Below, in pieces: positions 52,917 to 64,000 of a stretch of 64,000 nt of DNA. Where the stretch lies: the NCBI GenBank assembly GCA_951406725.2, contig OX597822.1, positions 56,916,001 through 56,980,000 on the forward strand. Direction: 5' to 3'. The notes beneath the pieces were generated by a model that did not search any database, was not told where the DNA came from, and saw nothing but the letters and a program-made list of their open reading frames with translations. The stretch comes from Octopus vulgaris. Lineage: Eukaryota. The position numbers and the translations under genes are program-made. Within the stretch, counting starts at the first letter, position 1; each line of letters starts with the position of its first letter.

Positions 52917-52918
<2 letters not shown>
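52374..52918 (-). mobile_element. Complete ~545-bp non-coding element embedded in (TTA)n
   Basis: Flanked on both sides by (TTA)n; second copy at 47971-48387; no ORF; strand assigned by analogy with the Dong fragment. Confidence 0.8.
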
Positions 52919-52969
<51 letters not shown>

Positions 52970-52970
<1 letters not shown>

Positions 52971-53187
52971 GACGGTGAGCTTGCCGATCCGTTAGCACGC
53001 CGGGCAAAATACTTAACGACATTTTGTTCATTTTTATTCCCTAAATTCAAATTCTGCGGAGCCTGACTTTGCGTTTTATCCTTTCGGGATTGATAAAATA
53101 CGTGCTAGTTGATCACTAGGGTCTATGTAAACGACTTACACCCCACTCGAAATTGCTGGCCTTGTGCTAAAATTTGAAACCATTATT
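52970..53187 (+). mobile_element. Meta-domain SINE
   Basis: gacggtgagcttgccgatccgttagc...ttgctggccttgtgctaaaatttgaaacc. Confidence 0.8.
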
Positions 53188-54029
53188 AATATAGCCTAGT
53201 TTATATATGTAAATATGTTTCTGTGTTTGTGTAGGTATTGAAGATTTCTAATCGTTTTTGCTGTAAACGTGTACTTCATTAGTCCAAATATAAAATAATT
53301 GCATTGGTTTTTTGTAGTTCAGGCAGACTTCAAGAACCACGTAAAACGTTTTTCTTTTCTTTTATTTTATTTTTCCCAAAGAGGAGGCATGAAGCATAGT
53401 AATTAAGTTCTATAGTTTTGACTTCAGAAAGATGGAGAAATAGAGAAGGAACGGAAGGAAAGTAGAAGGAAACGATGAAAGGAGAACGAAATGATGCTAC
53501 TATTTTATTTCATTTTAACCTTCTTCTCTGAATGAATTCTATTTTAACTTACTCTTTTTTTTTAATTATGTATCTGAACTCCAAAACCTAATGCAGTCAA
53601 CTAGTATTTGCACTGATTGCGAATATGATACCGATATGTTTTGTGAGCAGAGATTAAAAATTATAAAAATGTGTTTTAGTATATAGATGTGTGCGTGTGT
53701 GTGTGTGTGTTCCCTTCTATTTTTTATTTGAAATTTTCTGTTATGAAAGAGCTAGTTTCTAACAAAGATACAGAACTTCAGCATTGGAATGTAGATAACT
53801 TCAGAAAAACCTTGCATATTTTTACTGATCCTCTAACATAGCGTTAGTAACGTGTGGTAGGTGGTTGATTTCTCTTTGTAAATACCTTATCTTTTCCAGG
53901 TTATCAATTAGGTATTTATTCACAAAACGAAGTGCATCAACTATTATTAGTACACATTTGAATTTATAATCTGAAGGTATCTAAGCAGTTAACCGTAGTT
54001 ATTCTCTTTCTCTTTGGTTTACGAAGAGA

Positions 54030-54555
54030 TATTCAGATCAGGAGGGTAGCTGAAGTCAAGGAACCTTTTGACACTAATCTTCCACAGGAAGATCTAGATG
54101 CTATATATAAATGGGTAGAAGAAAACAACATATGTGATATACGCATGGAAGGTCCTAAAACGTCTAACACCAAACTTTGACATCGAAAGCTATACAAGCG
54201 CCCCGAAATGGACGTCACTACTCTGTTCCAAATGTCCTAGCTATCTTCTTCAGAGTAAGGAACATGTATTGCAATAGCTTCAAATTCAAGGACCCACAGC
54301 TATTTAATAGCTTGCCAAAATATTTGAGAGATCTACATGGTGTAGGGGTAGACATTTTCAAAAACAACTTGACCTGTTAAAAAATCCCAGCTGGAACGAC
54401 ATCACAGTGAGATGTTCAAAAAAGGTAAGCAATATCAAATTCCCTCCTTAACCAAACTCCAATCACAAAAGAAAGTCGTTCAGTATACGAAGAAGATGGT
54501 AACCCCTGTATGGATACGGTCTTTGGGGTGAAACGCATAAAAGAATAAAAGAATA
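54030..54555 (+). mobile_element. Deleted CR1-like LINE 3' remnant
   Basis: LPQEDLDAIYKWVEENN; NSFKFKDPQLFNSLPKYLRDLHGVGVDIFK, homologous to 41950-42060; (aataaaag) tail. Confidence 0.75.
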
Positions 54556-54559
54556 GTTT

Positions 54560-55625
54560 ACTTCTACTGGCTTTACATTAACAGTGAAAACGAAGGAAAA
54601 TTAGACACATGTTCGTCATTTAATGCTCTTCTCCGAAAGAATAAAACGCTGTACAAACAGTAAAATAAATCATGTGCAGTTTGTGCAAACAGTGTTATAG
54701 CTACGAGGACTATTCTTAACGGGTTCGCTAGGTTTTAGAAAGGAAAATCTATTAACATTCCAGCAGGCCTACAGTCGTTCATGTTAACTAAATCAAAATG
54801 TTAATGAAAAATATTTCCAGGCACACGACACGAGATATCGCGGAGATATCCCACATATCTCATGTGAACGTTAAGGTATTTGAAAACACTTGGATACATG
54901 AATCGCTATGATACTTGAGTGCGTCATAATTTAAGAGAAAGAAATTCATGGACCGCCTTTCTAAAAGTGATTCTCTGCTCAAATGCAATAAAGACGCCCC
55001 ATTATTTAAAAGAACTATCACAGGGATGAAAATGGCTTGTTTACAGTAATCTGGAGTAAACATTTCCCGGAGAAAACTAAGTGGACCACCTTCAGCTACT
55101 TGAAAAGTGGGTCAGTATACGAAGATCGTGATACTCTGTATCTCAAGCATTGGAAGGACATTGTGTATTACGAGCACCTTCCGTAAAATCGGATGTAGAA
55201 TTCAGACATTGTTCACAATTCGGTTGATTAAAGGTGACAGATGAAAAACGCCCACAAATTTACCTTTCCGAAGGATGTCGTTTTCCTTCAGGACAACACT
55301 AGAGCCCATGTTTCCTGGTACCACACCCGCCATATTCACCTGTCTTTGTAATTTCGGATTACTAGTTGTTTCAGTCTCTACGAAATTCTTCTAATGGAAA
55401 GAACCTCAGTTCTTTGGAAGACAGTCAAAACCATTTAGACTAGTTCATGTCCCAGAATGATGCCAAGTTCTGAGACGATAAGCTCATAAAGCTACTTCAA
55501 AGATAACGAAAGGTGGTGGAACAAAAGTGGAACATACGTGGTTGAATCAAGATATGTACAAACATCTAAGTATAGCTTCTGAATTCTACTTAAAAACTGG
55601 TCCGAACTTTTGCTCTTATCCTGTA
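54560..55625 (+). mobile_element. Decayed mariner
   Basis: GYMNRYDT.VRHNL, RTITG(D)E.W, VVFLQDNTRAH, HPPYSP...SDY; ends ...atcctgTA. Confidence 0.85.
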
Positions 55626-55768
55626 CAGAAATATATGTATAAGTTAGTTAAAATATGATTATGACTTATTTCAACTTCTAAAAAGCAACGTTAGCGTGGA
55701 GAAAATATCTCTCTTATGGTAAAAGGTATGAATACACCCGGTTTGTTCAGCGTAACCATCTATCATGA

Positions 55769-55815
55769 ATCCCTGACATCGAAGTTTCGAGGTATTTGTC
55801 TCTCGTCAATGGAAC
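55769..55815 (-). ncRNA. Degenerate type I hammerhead motif
   Basis: ttcca-TTGACGA-gag[acaaatac]ctc-GAAA-cttcgatg-TC-aggga; near-palindromic stem III. Confidence 0.6.
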
Positions 55816-55983
55816 ATACCTAAGAGCGGCAACTCTGGACAAACTTATAAAGCAATAGCTCTTTGTAAAATTCAGTCGACGGCGTTGACTGATTTGCGCT
55901 TGTAGATCGATCGCTCGATCGAGGAAAATAATGTTCGTGCATGTATCTATTTGTCTATCTATCTATATCTATCTATATATCTA

Positions 55984-56044
<61 letters not shown>

Positions 56045-56481
56045 TTACATACATACATACATGCATACGTACACACATATACATACATGCATGCATACAT
56101 GCATTTATGCGCTTCGAATGCCCATCAAGTGTGTGTATGGTTGGAATTTAACGCCAATTGAATTGGTTTCTGTTTGCCCCTAAAAAAGTAGCAATAATCA
56201 TTATGTAACCACGTTGTATTAATGGTTCTTTTACTGCTGATTTGAAAGTAACTTGCACGCACACCACATCACATGATTTCAATCTACTCAATACGTGTCT
56301 GAACTTCAAAAGCTAGATAAGTAGTTGTAAAAGTTTTCTCCCTATATGAAAATATAAGTGATTTGCAAATGGTAACTCACTCATATATATACATGTATAT
56401 ACATGTGTACATATATGTGTGTGTGAGTGTGTGTGTGTGTGCGTGTGTGTGTATTATACATACACACATATATACATGTAT

Positions 56482-56551
<70 letters not shown>

Positions 56552-56866
56552 GTATATGTACGTGTGTTTGTGTATACATACATAGGTGTACATACATATT
56601 TATGTATTTGCATTTCCTGTATGCATGTATGTGTGTATGTATGTATTATCAAGCACTTTCCGATGTGGCTGGTGTTTACGTCGACATGACTTGCATTGTT
56701 TAGAAAAGTCGATAGAAAGGGTACATTGAACTTGCCGTAGGGAGTAAATTTTCCACTCCGTACAGCAAATTCACTGTACTTTTTTTATCATATACATATG
56801 TATATATGTGAGCGTGTTTGTGTGTGTGTGTGTGATTTGTTCGTTTGTGTGAGTGTGTATATGTGA

Positions 56867-56912
<46 letters not shown>

Positions 56913-57221
56913 ATACTTATGTATAAAATAGTCATATCTGATTTAGAACCTGTGTATTTGAACATTAAGTCTGCATGATTTCATGAATGCTTAGTATTTG
57001 TTATTTGTTCGTCATAGCAATTTCTTTCCGTGTATGTTCCTGGTAAAGTACCGTCTTTGTTAGTGTATCTAAGTCGATTAATTTAATTTGTGTTATTCGT
57101 TTTTTTTTAAATATTGTCTTAGTTTCTTTAAAGGTGATATTTATTGTTGATTGAATTGTTAATTGATTTGGGTAGATATTGATTTTGGAATATATTTAAT
57201 TAAATTTTATGTTACAATGTA

Positions 57222-57737
57222 CGAGGGTGTGCTGAAAAGTTCATAGTCTGATTATGAAGGAGTGATGCCAGAGCTGCGAAATCTTGCAGGCATTAATTTC
57301 TGCTGTTCTTATTGATAACCGTATTGTTTTGTTTCAGTTAAACTGACATCTGGCTGTTCAAAGAAGACTTCAGAACTCACTAGTAGAGACTTCTCTTGAA
57401 AATGGACAAAATTTGTTATTGTGGTGTTATCAAGTATCTGTAGAAAACAGGTTTGTCCTCCAAAGACATTCATGCTGAAATCGTTGCTTCGTTAGGGGAT
57501 GATGCTTCAGCTCTATCAACAGTGCAAACGCGGGCAGCTGACTTTAGGAGAAAAGAGTGTGTTCAAGATGACCCAAGGTCTAGGTGTCCTGCAACTGCCA
57601 CCACCCAGGAAAGCATTAATTCTGTTCACCACATGGTGATGGATGACAGGCGATTAACTATAAATCAAATAGCCAATTCCATTAGCATACCCCACTAGAG
57701 ATTTCAGAATATTCTGTGCAATGAACTTCCCATGACA
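57222..57737 (+). mobile_element. Mariner 5' fragment, truncated at (ATGT)n
   Basis: TA-cgagggtgtgctgaaaagtt TIR; HTH region MDK...KDIHAEIVASLGDDA...DDPRSRCP...DDRRLTINQIA. Confidence 0.88.
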
Positions 57738-57842
57738 TATACATGCATGAATGTATGTATGTATGTATGTATGTATGTATGTATGTATGTATGTATGTGT
57801 ATATATATTTATGTATGTATGTATTATGTATGTATGTATGTA

Positions 57843-57878
<36 letters not shown>

Positions 57879-58007
57879 TGTATGTATGTATGTATGTATG
57901 TATGTATGTATGTATGTATGTATGTATGTATGTATGTATGTATGTATGTATGTATGTATGTATGTATGTATGTATGTATGTATGTATTAGGTATGTATGT
58001 ATGTATA

Positions 58008-58092
58008 TAAAATTATAATTGAGAGTATCTAAGAAATACTGCCACGCTGGAAATAGGAGCCAACATCTTAGATACCCTAAATTATAATTTTA
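58008..58092. repeat. 27-bp inverted repeat (2 mismatches) abutting a microsatellite
   Basis: taaaattataattgagagtatctaaga / tcttagataccctaaattataatttta. Confidence 0.85.
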
Positions 58093-58346
58093 ATAATAAT
58101 TATTACCTTTGAAGGCTTTTATTCCCATGCTGGCCACTTTATAAGATCGATATTTAAATTAACAATCTTATCCTAATTTATATGTATAATTACATATTAA
58201 CATCCGCTCTAATAATGTAAGCTTTATCTGTCGTGCATACTTAGTTTGCCATGTAGGGAGCTGTCCCCGGATGCGATCTCGCTCCATATTTGACGTATAA
58301 ACAAAACATATATACTGTACATGTGCGACCGATAAAGTTAGGTATA

Positions 58347-59231
58347 CAGGTTGATGAAATGTAAGTAGGCATTAAATATTGATAATAAAATCCATATTCA
58401 TTTTACAAATCTATTGAAACAAATAATACATGTTCTTAATTACATGACAAAATGAAAGTAAATCTTCATATTTCAACGTAAGCACCGGTGGCATCAACCA
58501 GTTTCCTCAAACAGCCAAGGACGGAATGAACAACCTTCTGAAGGACGTGGTCTGGGATATTGTTGAGAACCACCTGAATTCGCATCTCCAAATTTTCCAG
58601 TGTGTGAGATTTTGTTTTGTACACCTCTTTTGTGTACTCCCACAGTTAAAAATCACATGGAGTGAGATCTGGGCTTCTTGGAGGCCATTTCATCTACACT
58701 CACAGTCTTCAGGTTTTAGCTCCTGCACGTAATGAGGTTTCCACAGATGAAAATTCAATTCTTTATGCAACATCGTACGTTTAAATGCCTTGATAGTCCA
58801 CTTTCACGAACTGCTTGACGTGTTGATTTTGTGGGCTGCGATTAAACATTTCCTGTACTGTTGCCACGTCTCCGCTGATCGGGATGTGGTTGCACGTCTA
58901 CTTCTGCTTGCATCATTCACAGAGCCCGTAGCCATCAGCTTTGCATGACAACATTATATTGTCTCCGGACGTAGTGTTGTATGGATACCTTTCCATGCAT
59001 GCTATCTCTGAACCAAAACCTTGGAATTCCACACTTCACAGCGTGTTGCAATCTTAGCTCGCTCCTGAACAGTCAAACGACCGACCATCTGGAAAATAAG
59101 AAATAAGAAATAAAACAATAGGAAAATAAGTCCCCATTAGTGTTGTCTGTTTGAAAACATGTCCCGTCATGACTTCAGTGATACTGAAAATCCTTTCAGC
59201 AATTTCTGATTCCTAGTTACTTTCCATCCAT

Positions 59232-59234
<3 letters not shown>
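58347..59234 (-). mobile_element. Internally deleted Tc1-like DNA transposon
   Basis: WPPRSPDLTPCDF motif; N-terminal RLTVQERAKIA..EVWNS..LVQR; imperfect TIRs caggttgatgaaatgtaagtagg / cctagttactttccatccatcct with flanking TA. Confidence 0.8.
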
Positions 59235-59278
<44 letters not shown>

Positions 59279-59284
<6 letters not shown>

Positions 59285-59827
59285 CAAATAAGAAAATGGA
59301 GAAACACATTAGTTAGTTTATCAGCTTTAGGATGTTAGAATGTTGATTTATTTATTTATCAAAACGACAACTATAATAACATACATACAACCTCAATACA
59401 ATTGACATGTATAGGCACAACAGATTACTTTTTTCCATAGGCTGAAACGGTTGTAAGTGATTTTAATGATTTTGATAATTTATATTAATGTTTTTTTTTA
59501 ATAACTACTTGTATTCTTATCTTATATGTGTTGAATTTTATACTGTATATATGTATGTTATGGTTGTCGTTTTGATAAATAAATAAGTCAACATTCTAAT
59601 ATCCTAAAGCTGATGAACCAACTAATGTGTTTCTCCATTTTCTTATTTGTAATATAAATTAATGATAAAATATTTCTTTACCTTCACCTATTTAATACAA
59701 TAAGTAAGTTTATTGCATAGCAATTAAAAACACTTGTGTATTAATAATTTGGGTATTATTCCAACAGTATATTGAGTAAGTATTATCCCTTCATTGGGTT
59801 GAATCCACAACCCCTAACTTACTTGGT

Positions 59828-59830
<3 letters not shown>
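59279..59830 (+). mobile_element. (TA)n-flanked Penelope-pLTR-like module with ~110-bp inverted 5' segment
   Basis: 59279-59390 is the reverse complement of 59548-59655; hammerhead 3' half GAAAcggttgTA at ~59444; (TA)n on both sides. Confidence 0.7.
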
Positions 59831-59862
<32 letters not shown>

Positions 59863-60382
59863 TTAAAGATATACATATATATTATCCATATATATGTGTT
59901 AATGTGTATATACATAAATACGTGAATACATATATTTAGATGGATGCATACGCATGTATGTATCTATGTATATAAGCATGTACGTATATGTCCATGCATA
60001 TTTGTATGTATTCATTAGAAAATACATGTGCATTAAATGTTCAAAAAAATATGGTTTAGTATCTTCACTCCCTGATTCGCAACAGTAGGTTCAAAACTAA
60101 AATAGACACCATTTTGCTAGAGTAGTGTAGTCGACAGTCAATTTTCTGAATAAATTATTTTCTCTTAGCAAATAACGTTCTTACGCCTGCGTTCTTCAAT
60201 TGAACTGTGAAATTTTATATATGCTAACATCTGCAAAGGAAACTTTTCTTTTCTTCGTTTCTGGAAAAATTTTCGAAATCGTATTATAGAATTCAGACTT
60301 ACAATATTATATTATATTGTACTATATATTGTATTGTACTATATTATATTATATCCGATGTGTGTATGAACGTATGTATATG

Positions 60383-60421
<39 letters not shown>

Positions 60422-60543
60422 GCGCAAACACGCATTTATACCCACACACGTACACACACTGAAATGCGCACAGCAATACGCAATCACGCACTCGCGCACG
60501 CATCCACACACGAACACGAATACATTCATACATACACACACAC

Positions 60544-60607
<64 letters not shown>

Positions 60608-60742
60608 GGTGAATTCACAAAAAATCAAAAGACGAAGACAGGTGGTGTAGACAACAAACAGATGTATTAGCATAACGCTCAGAAAGGAACAGAGAAAGAA
60701 ACAAGGCGTAAAATTAAAGAACGTGTAGTGGCTAGCGATCTG

Positions 60743-60805
<63 letters not shown>

Positions 60806-60885
60806 AAGAAGGTGAGAGAGAGTTACTGGCTCGTAAAGTATTTACATTAAAATATACGTATATTCCCTATATATAGGTGAGGTAC

Positions 60886-60956
<71 letters not shown>

Positions 60957-60977
60957 TTACTATATATGTATCTATAT

Positions 60978-61605
60978 ACATATATGAGTAAAGGACGTCA
61001 CCAACTGTGTAAACAGCATGAAGTAAGAAAACAAATGAGTTAAATACGTAAAGAACGAGAGAAAAATGGAAAACAGGACAAGTAACGCAAAGAACGACTC
61101 TTCATCAGTTGCCGGCTGACTATCTTCGGAGACAGTTGTTCCCATGAATTCCAAAAATTCTGGAACACTGGAATTTCTGATTTATGGAGGATCAAACTTG
61201 GGAACAAAAATCAGGATAGTGGAGACTTACAAGGAAACCGAACGAAAACCATCATGAGAGGTCGTTAGACCAGAATAGGCAAGAAATAGTGAACGCTAGG
61301 AGAAATATTTTTTTGAAAAGAGAAAAGATAGAAGAGAGAGATAGGAGACGTCCTGACTTTCCCTCACGTGACCATTTTTCTTTTCCTGTATAACGTTCTA
61401 CGAACTTTTCTCTTTTCAAAGATAATATTTCTCCCAGCGTTCACTATTTCCTCTTGTTCTGGTCTAATGACCCTCCATGTTTGCTTTCATTCTTTGATCT
61501 CCTCGTTCTGTTTTCCATTTTTACTCTCGTTGATTGCGTATTTAACTCATTTGTTTTCGTACTTCATTTTGTTTACGCAATTGGTGACGTCCTGTACCCA
61601 TATAT
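60978..61605. repeat. Diverged inverted pair between (TA)n tracts
   Basis: 60978-61327 aligns with the reverse complement of 61402-61605 (ggacgtcaccaa, gaaaacaaatgagttaaatacg, gaaatagtgaacgct.ggagaaatatt); right arm has an internal deletion. Confidence 0.88.
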
Positions 61606-61612
61606 GCATATA

Positions 61613-61666
<54 letters not shown>

Positions 61667-61667
61667 C

Positions 61668-61749
<82 letters not shown>

Positions 61750-62230
61750 ATATATATATATGTATATGTATGTATTATTTATATTATTATTTAATTGCAC
61801 GTCACGCATCGATTTATATATATACACACCATTCATATCTATCTGCCAATCTATTTATATACGAAGAGTCCTCAGCTGTAACACAAACTATTTTTACAAA
61901 CTGCACATATAACTTCTGCTGTTTGCACAGCGTTTTATCATCTCAGAAAATAAAAGAGCCTCAAATGCTGAAGATATAACTCATTTTCATCCATTTTCAC
62001 TGTTAACGTAAAAGCCGTAAAAGTAAAGTATACACACAATAATATTACAGAAAAACATATTACATCATCTTTCAGAAAAATATGCTTGGCTGACGTGAAA
62101 AACGAAACCAAGCACTGAAATGCCGTCAGTTGAAAAACTATATCAACTTTTTTTACAACCAAATATATATGAAGCCAAAATATCTAATCTCAAGGCCAAT
62201 TATAGACATTTTATAAATTATATAAATAGA

Positions 62231-62307
<77 letters not shown>

Positions 62308-62534
62308 TCAAGTTGAAAGATAAAAGAAAAGAAGAGAAAAAATTAAAGAAATGATATTAATAGCTACGATTATCTTTAAGAGAATATTAAAATTTCATCA
62401 TTTTTGTCAGATTTAAATTTAGATCAGACGCAAATGTCTAAGATGAAATACCCCAAAACTACAAAAACAATAGATGAAAAATTAAATACACACACTTACA
62501 CACACACACATATTTATATATATATATATATATT

Positions 62535-62603
<69 letters not shown>

Positions 62604-62617
62604 CAACAATGTTGTTG

Positions 62618-62662
62618 ACAGGGACTTCGAAGTTCCGGCCAGCTAAGCCATCGTCGGACTGC
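62618..62662 (-). ncRNA. Degenerate type I hammerhead motif
   Basis: cagt-CCGACGA-tggct[tagct]ggcc-GGAA-cttcgaag-TC-cctg; perfect palindromic stem III acttcgaagt; two core substitutions. Confidence 0.5.
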
Positions 62663-62832
62663 GATGCATCAGAGTTAGTCTCTGTTGAATCAAAATCATC
62701 TTCGCGTGTGTGCGTATATGTATGTATGAATGTATAACACACACACACATATGCTGAAACAGTTCTATTTATATTTCACGGTAGGTGACCAGCGTTGCCG
62801 GGTATGTGAGTACATACATATACATACATACA

Positions 62833-62867
<35 letters not shown>

Positions 62868-62942
62868 GTATATATATATATGTGTGTGTAAATGCATAAA
62901 TACATATATACATATACATACATATATATATGTATATATATG

Positions 62943-63017
<75 letters not shown>

Positions 63018-63018
<1 letters not shown>

Positions 63019-63380
63019 TCCCGGGTTGAGTCGGGGTTAACCACAGTAAATAAGGTACTCAATACGTAGCAGAGTAAATTAATTTATTTTATAGAAGGAG
63101 CTTCTACAGGACTAGAACTGTTTCATTCAAAAGAAATCATCAGGAAGCTAGTAGACAAGAGTTGTTTTGGCATTTATACATTTAGGCAGGTTTAATTGGG
63201 TGGTGGTGGGGGACTATTTTTGGGGGTAGGCATGGCGCAAAACTGTCATTATAAGGGGAGTGGTCAAAGGAATCGGTGGTAAAGTAGATAAAAGAATAAA
63301 TAAAAGAATAAAAAAATAAAAAAATATAAATAGAAAAATAGGGTTTTAGGCAAGCAGGGAAACTCCCACTTGTACATCCA
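63018..63380 (-). mobile_element. Short (TA)n-flanked non-coding module carrying a hammerhead
   Basis: Bounded by (TA)n at both ends; 3' end attgagtaccttattt...ggttaaccccgactcaacc loosely resembles 59770-59830. Confidence 0.65.
63099..63149 (-). ncRNA. Type I hammerhead ribozyme with intact core
   Basis: agcttc-CTGATGA-t.ttc[tttt]gaa.t-GAAA-cag[ttctagtc]ctg-TA-gaagct: perfect 6-bp stem I, GUA triplet, CTAG palindrome in loop III. Confidence 0.85.
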
Positions 63381-64000
63381 CATATATATATATATATATA
63401 TACACATATATACACCCGCATATTCACATATATCTATATATATACATACATACCCACACATACATACATATATATATATACATACATACACACATATACA
63501 CACATATATACATACATATACACATATATATACACACACACCCATGCACGCACGCACACACAGACACACATATACATACACATACACATACATACATATA
63601 TGTATACCCACTCGCACAAACATATACAAATGCACATACATGCACACACACACACACCCTTACTCTCCCATTTATATATATATATATATATATGTGTATA
63701 TGTATATGTATATGTATGTGTGTGTGTATATATGTGTGAGTGTGTATGTGTATGTATATGTGTATGAGTATATATGTATATATATATGTGTATATGTGTA
63801 TGTATATGTATGTATGTGTATGTGTGTGTATGTATGTGTGTATATATATTGGTTGGTGTATGTGTATGGACTGGTCTTCTGTGAGTGTGTTGAGGTATGT
63901 ATGTGTATGCGTGTATGTGAATATACGTGAATGTGTGTAGATGTATGCGTGTATGAATATAACACATGGACTGGTCTTCTGTGGGTGTGTTGGGGTGTGT
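63380..64000. repeat. Compound (TA)/(CA)/(TG) microsatellite tract
   Basis: Low-complexity dinucleotide mosaic; similar tracts at 18360-18545, 21460-21545, 55960-56100, 56380-56640, 57740-58005, 60540-60960. Confidence 0.95.

Noticed and set aside
55931-58018. Many ORFs of YI/CV/MYVC/HT repeats here and at 18299-19332 and 60317-63967
   Set aside because: They are translations of stop-free microsatellites, not proteins
61085-61120. Minus-strand CTGATGA in the 60978 inverted repeat
   Set aside because: No downstream GAAA/stem III partner found

Overview
AT-rich, microsatellite-dense animal genomic DNA. The repeat families (tRNA-headed Meta-domain SINEs, (TA)n/(CA)n/(TACA)n tracts) look like those of an octopus or other cephalopod; this is an inference. 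The only host coding feature I can support is a minus-strand exon (43835-43976) encoding the N-terminus and TM1 of a class A GPCR resembling trissin receptors. The rest is mostly decayed mobile DNA: mariner/Tc1, a Helitron 3' half, CR1-like, Tx1-like, RTE and R4/Dong LINEs, Penelope-like (GIY-YIG) elements and many SINEs. Three signals stand out. (1) At least eight type I hammerhead ribozyme motifs, read by eye, lie mostly in short non-coding modules near (TA)n or other microsatellites. They include a U3:A8 covariant core just 3' of a GIY-YIG ORF, variants with very long stem II, and one inside a ~514-bp partial tandem (retrozyme-like). (2) Fold-back inverted duplications anchored on (TA)n recur, with arms from 27 to ~850 bp. 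(3) SINEs carry 3' tails matching two different LINEs in this same window, and Tx1-type insertions sit inside SINEs. No searches or folding programs were run; coordinates of decayed elements are approximate.
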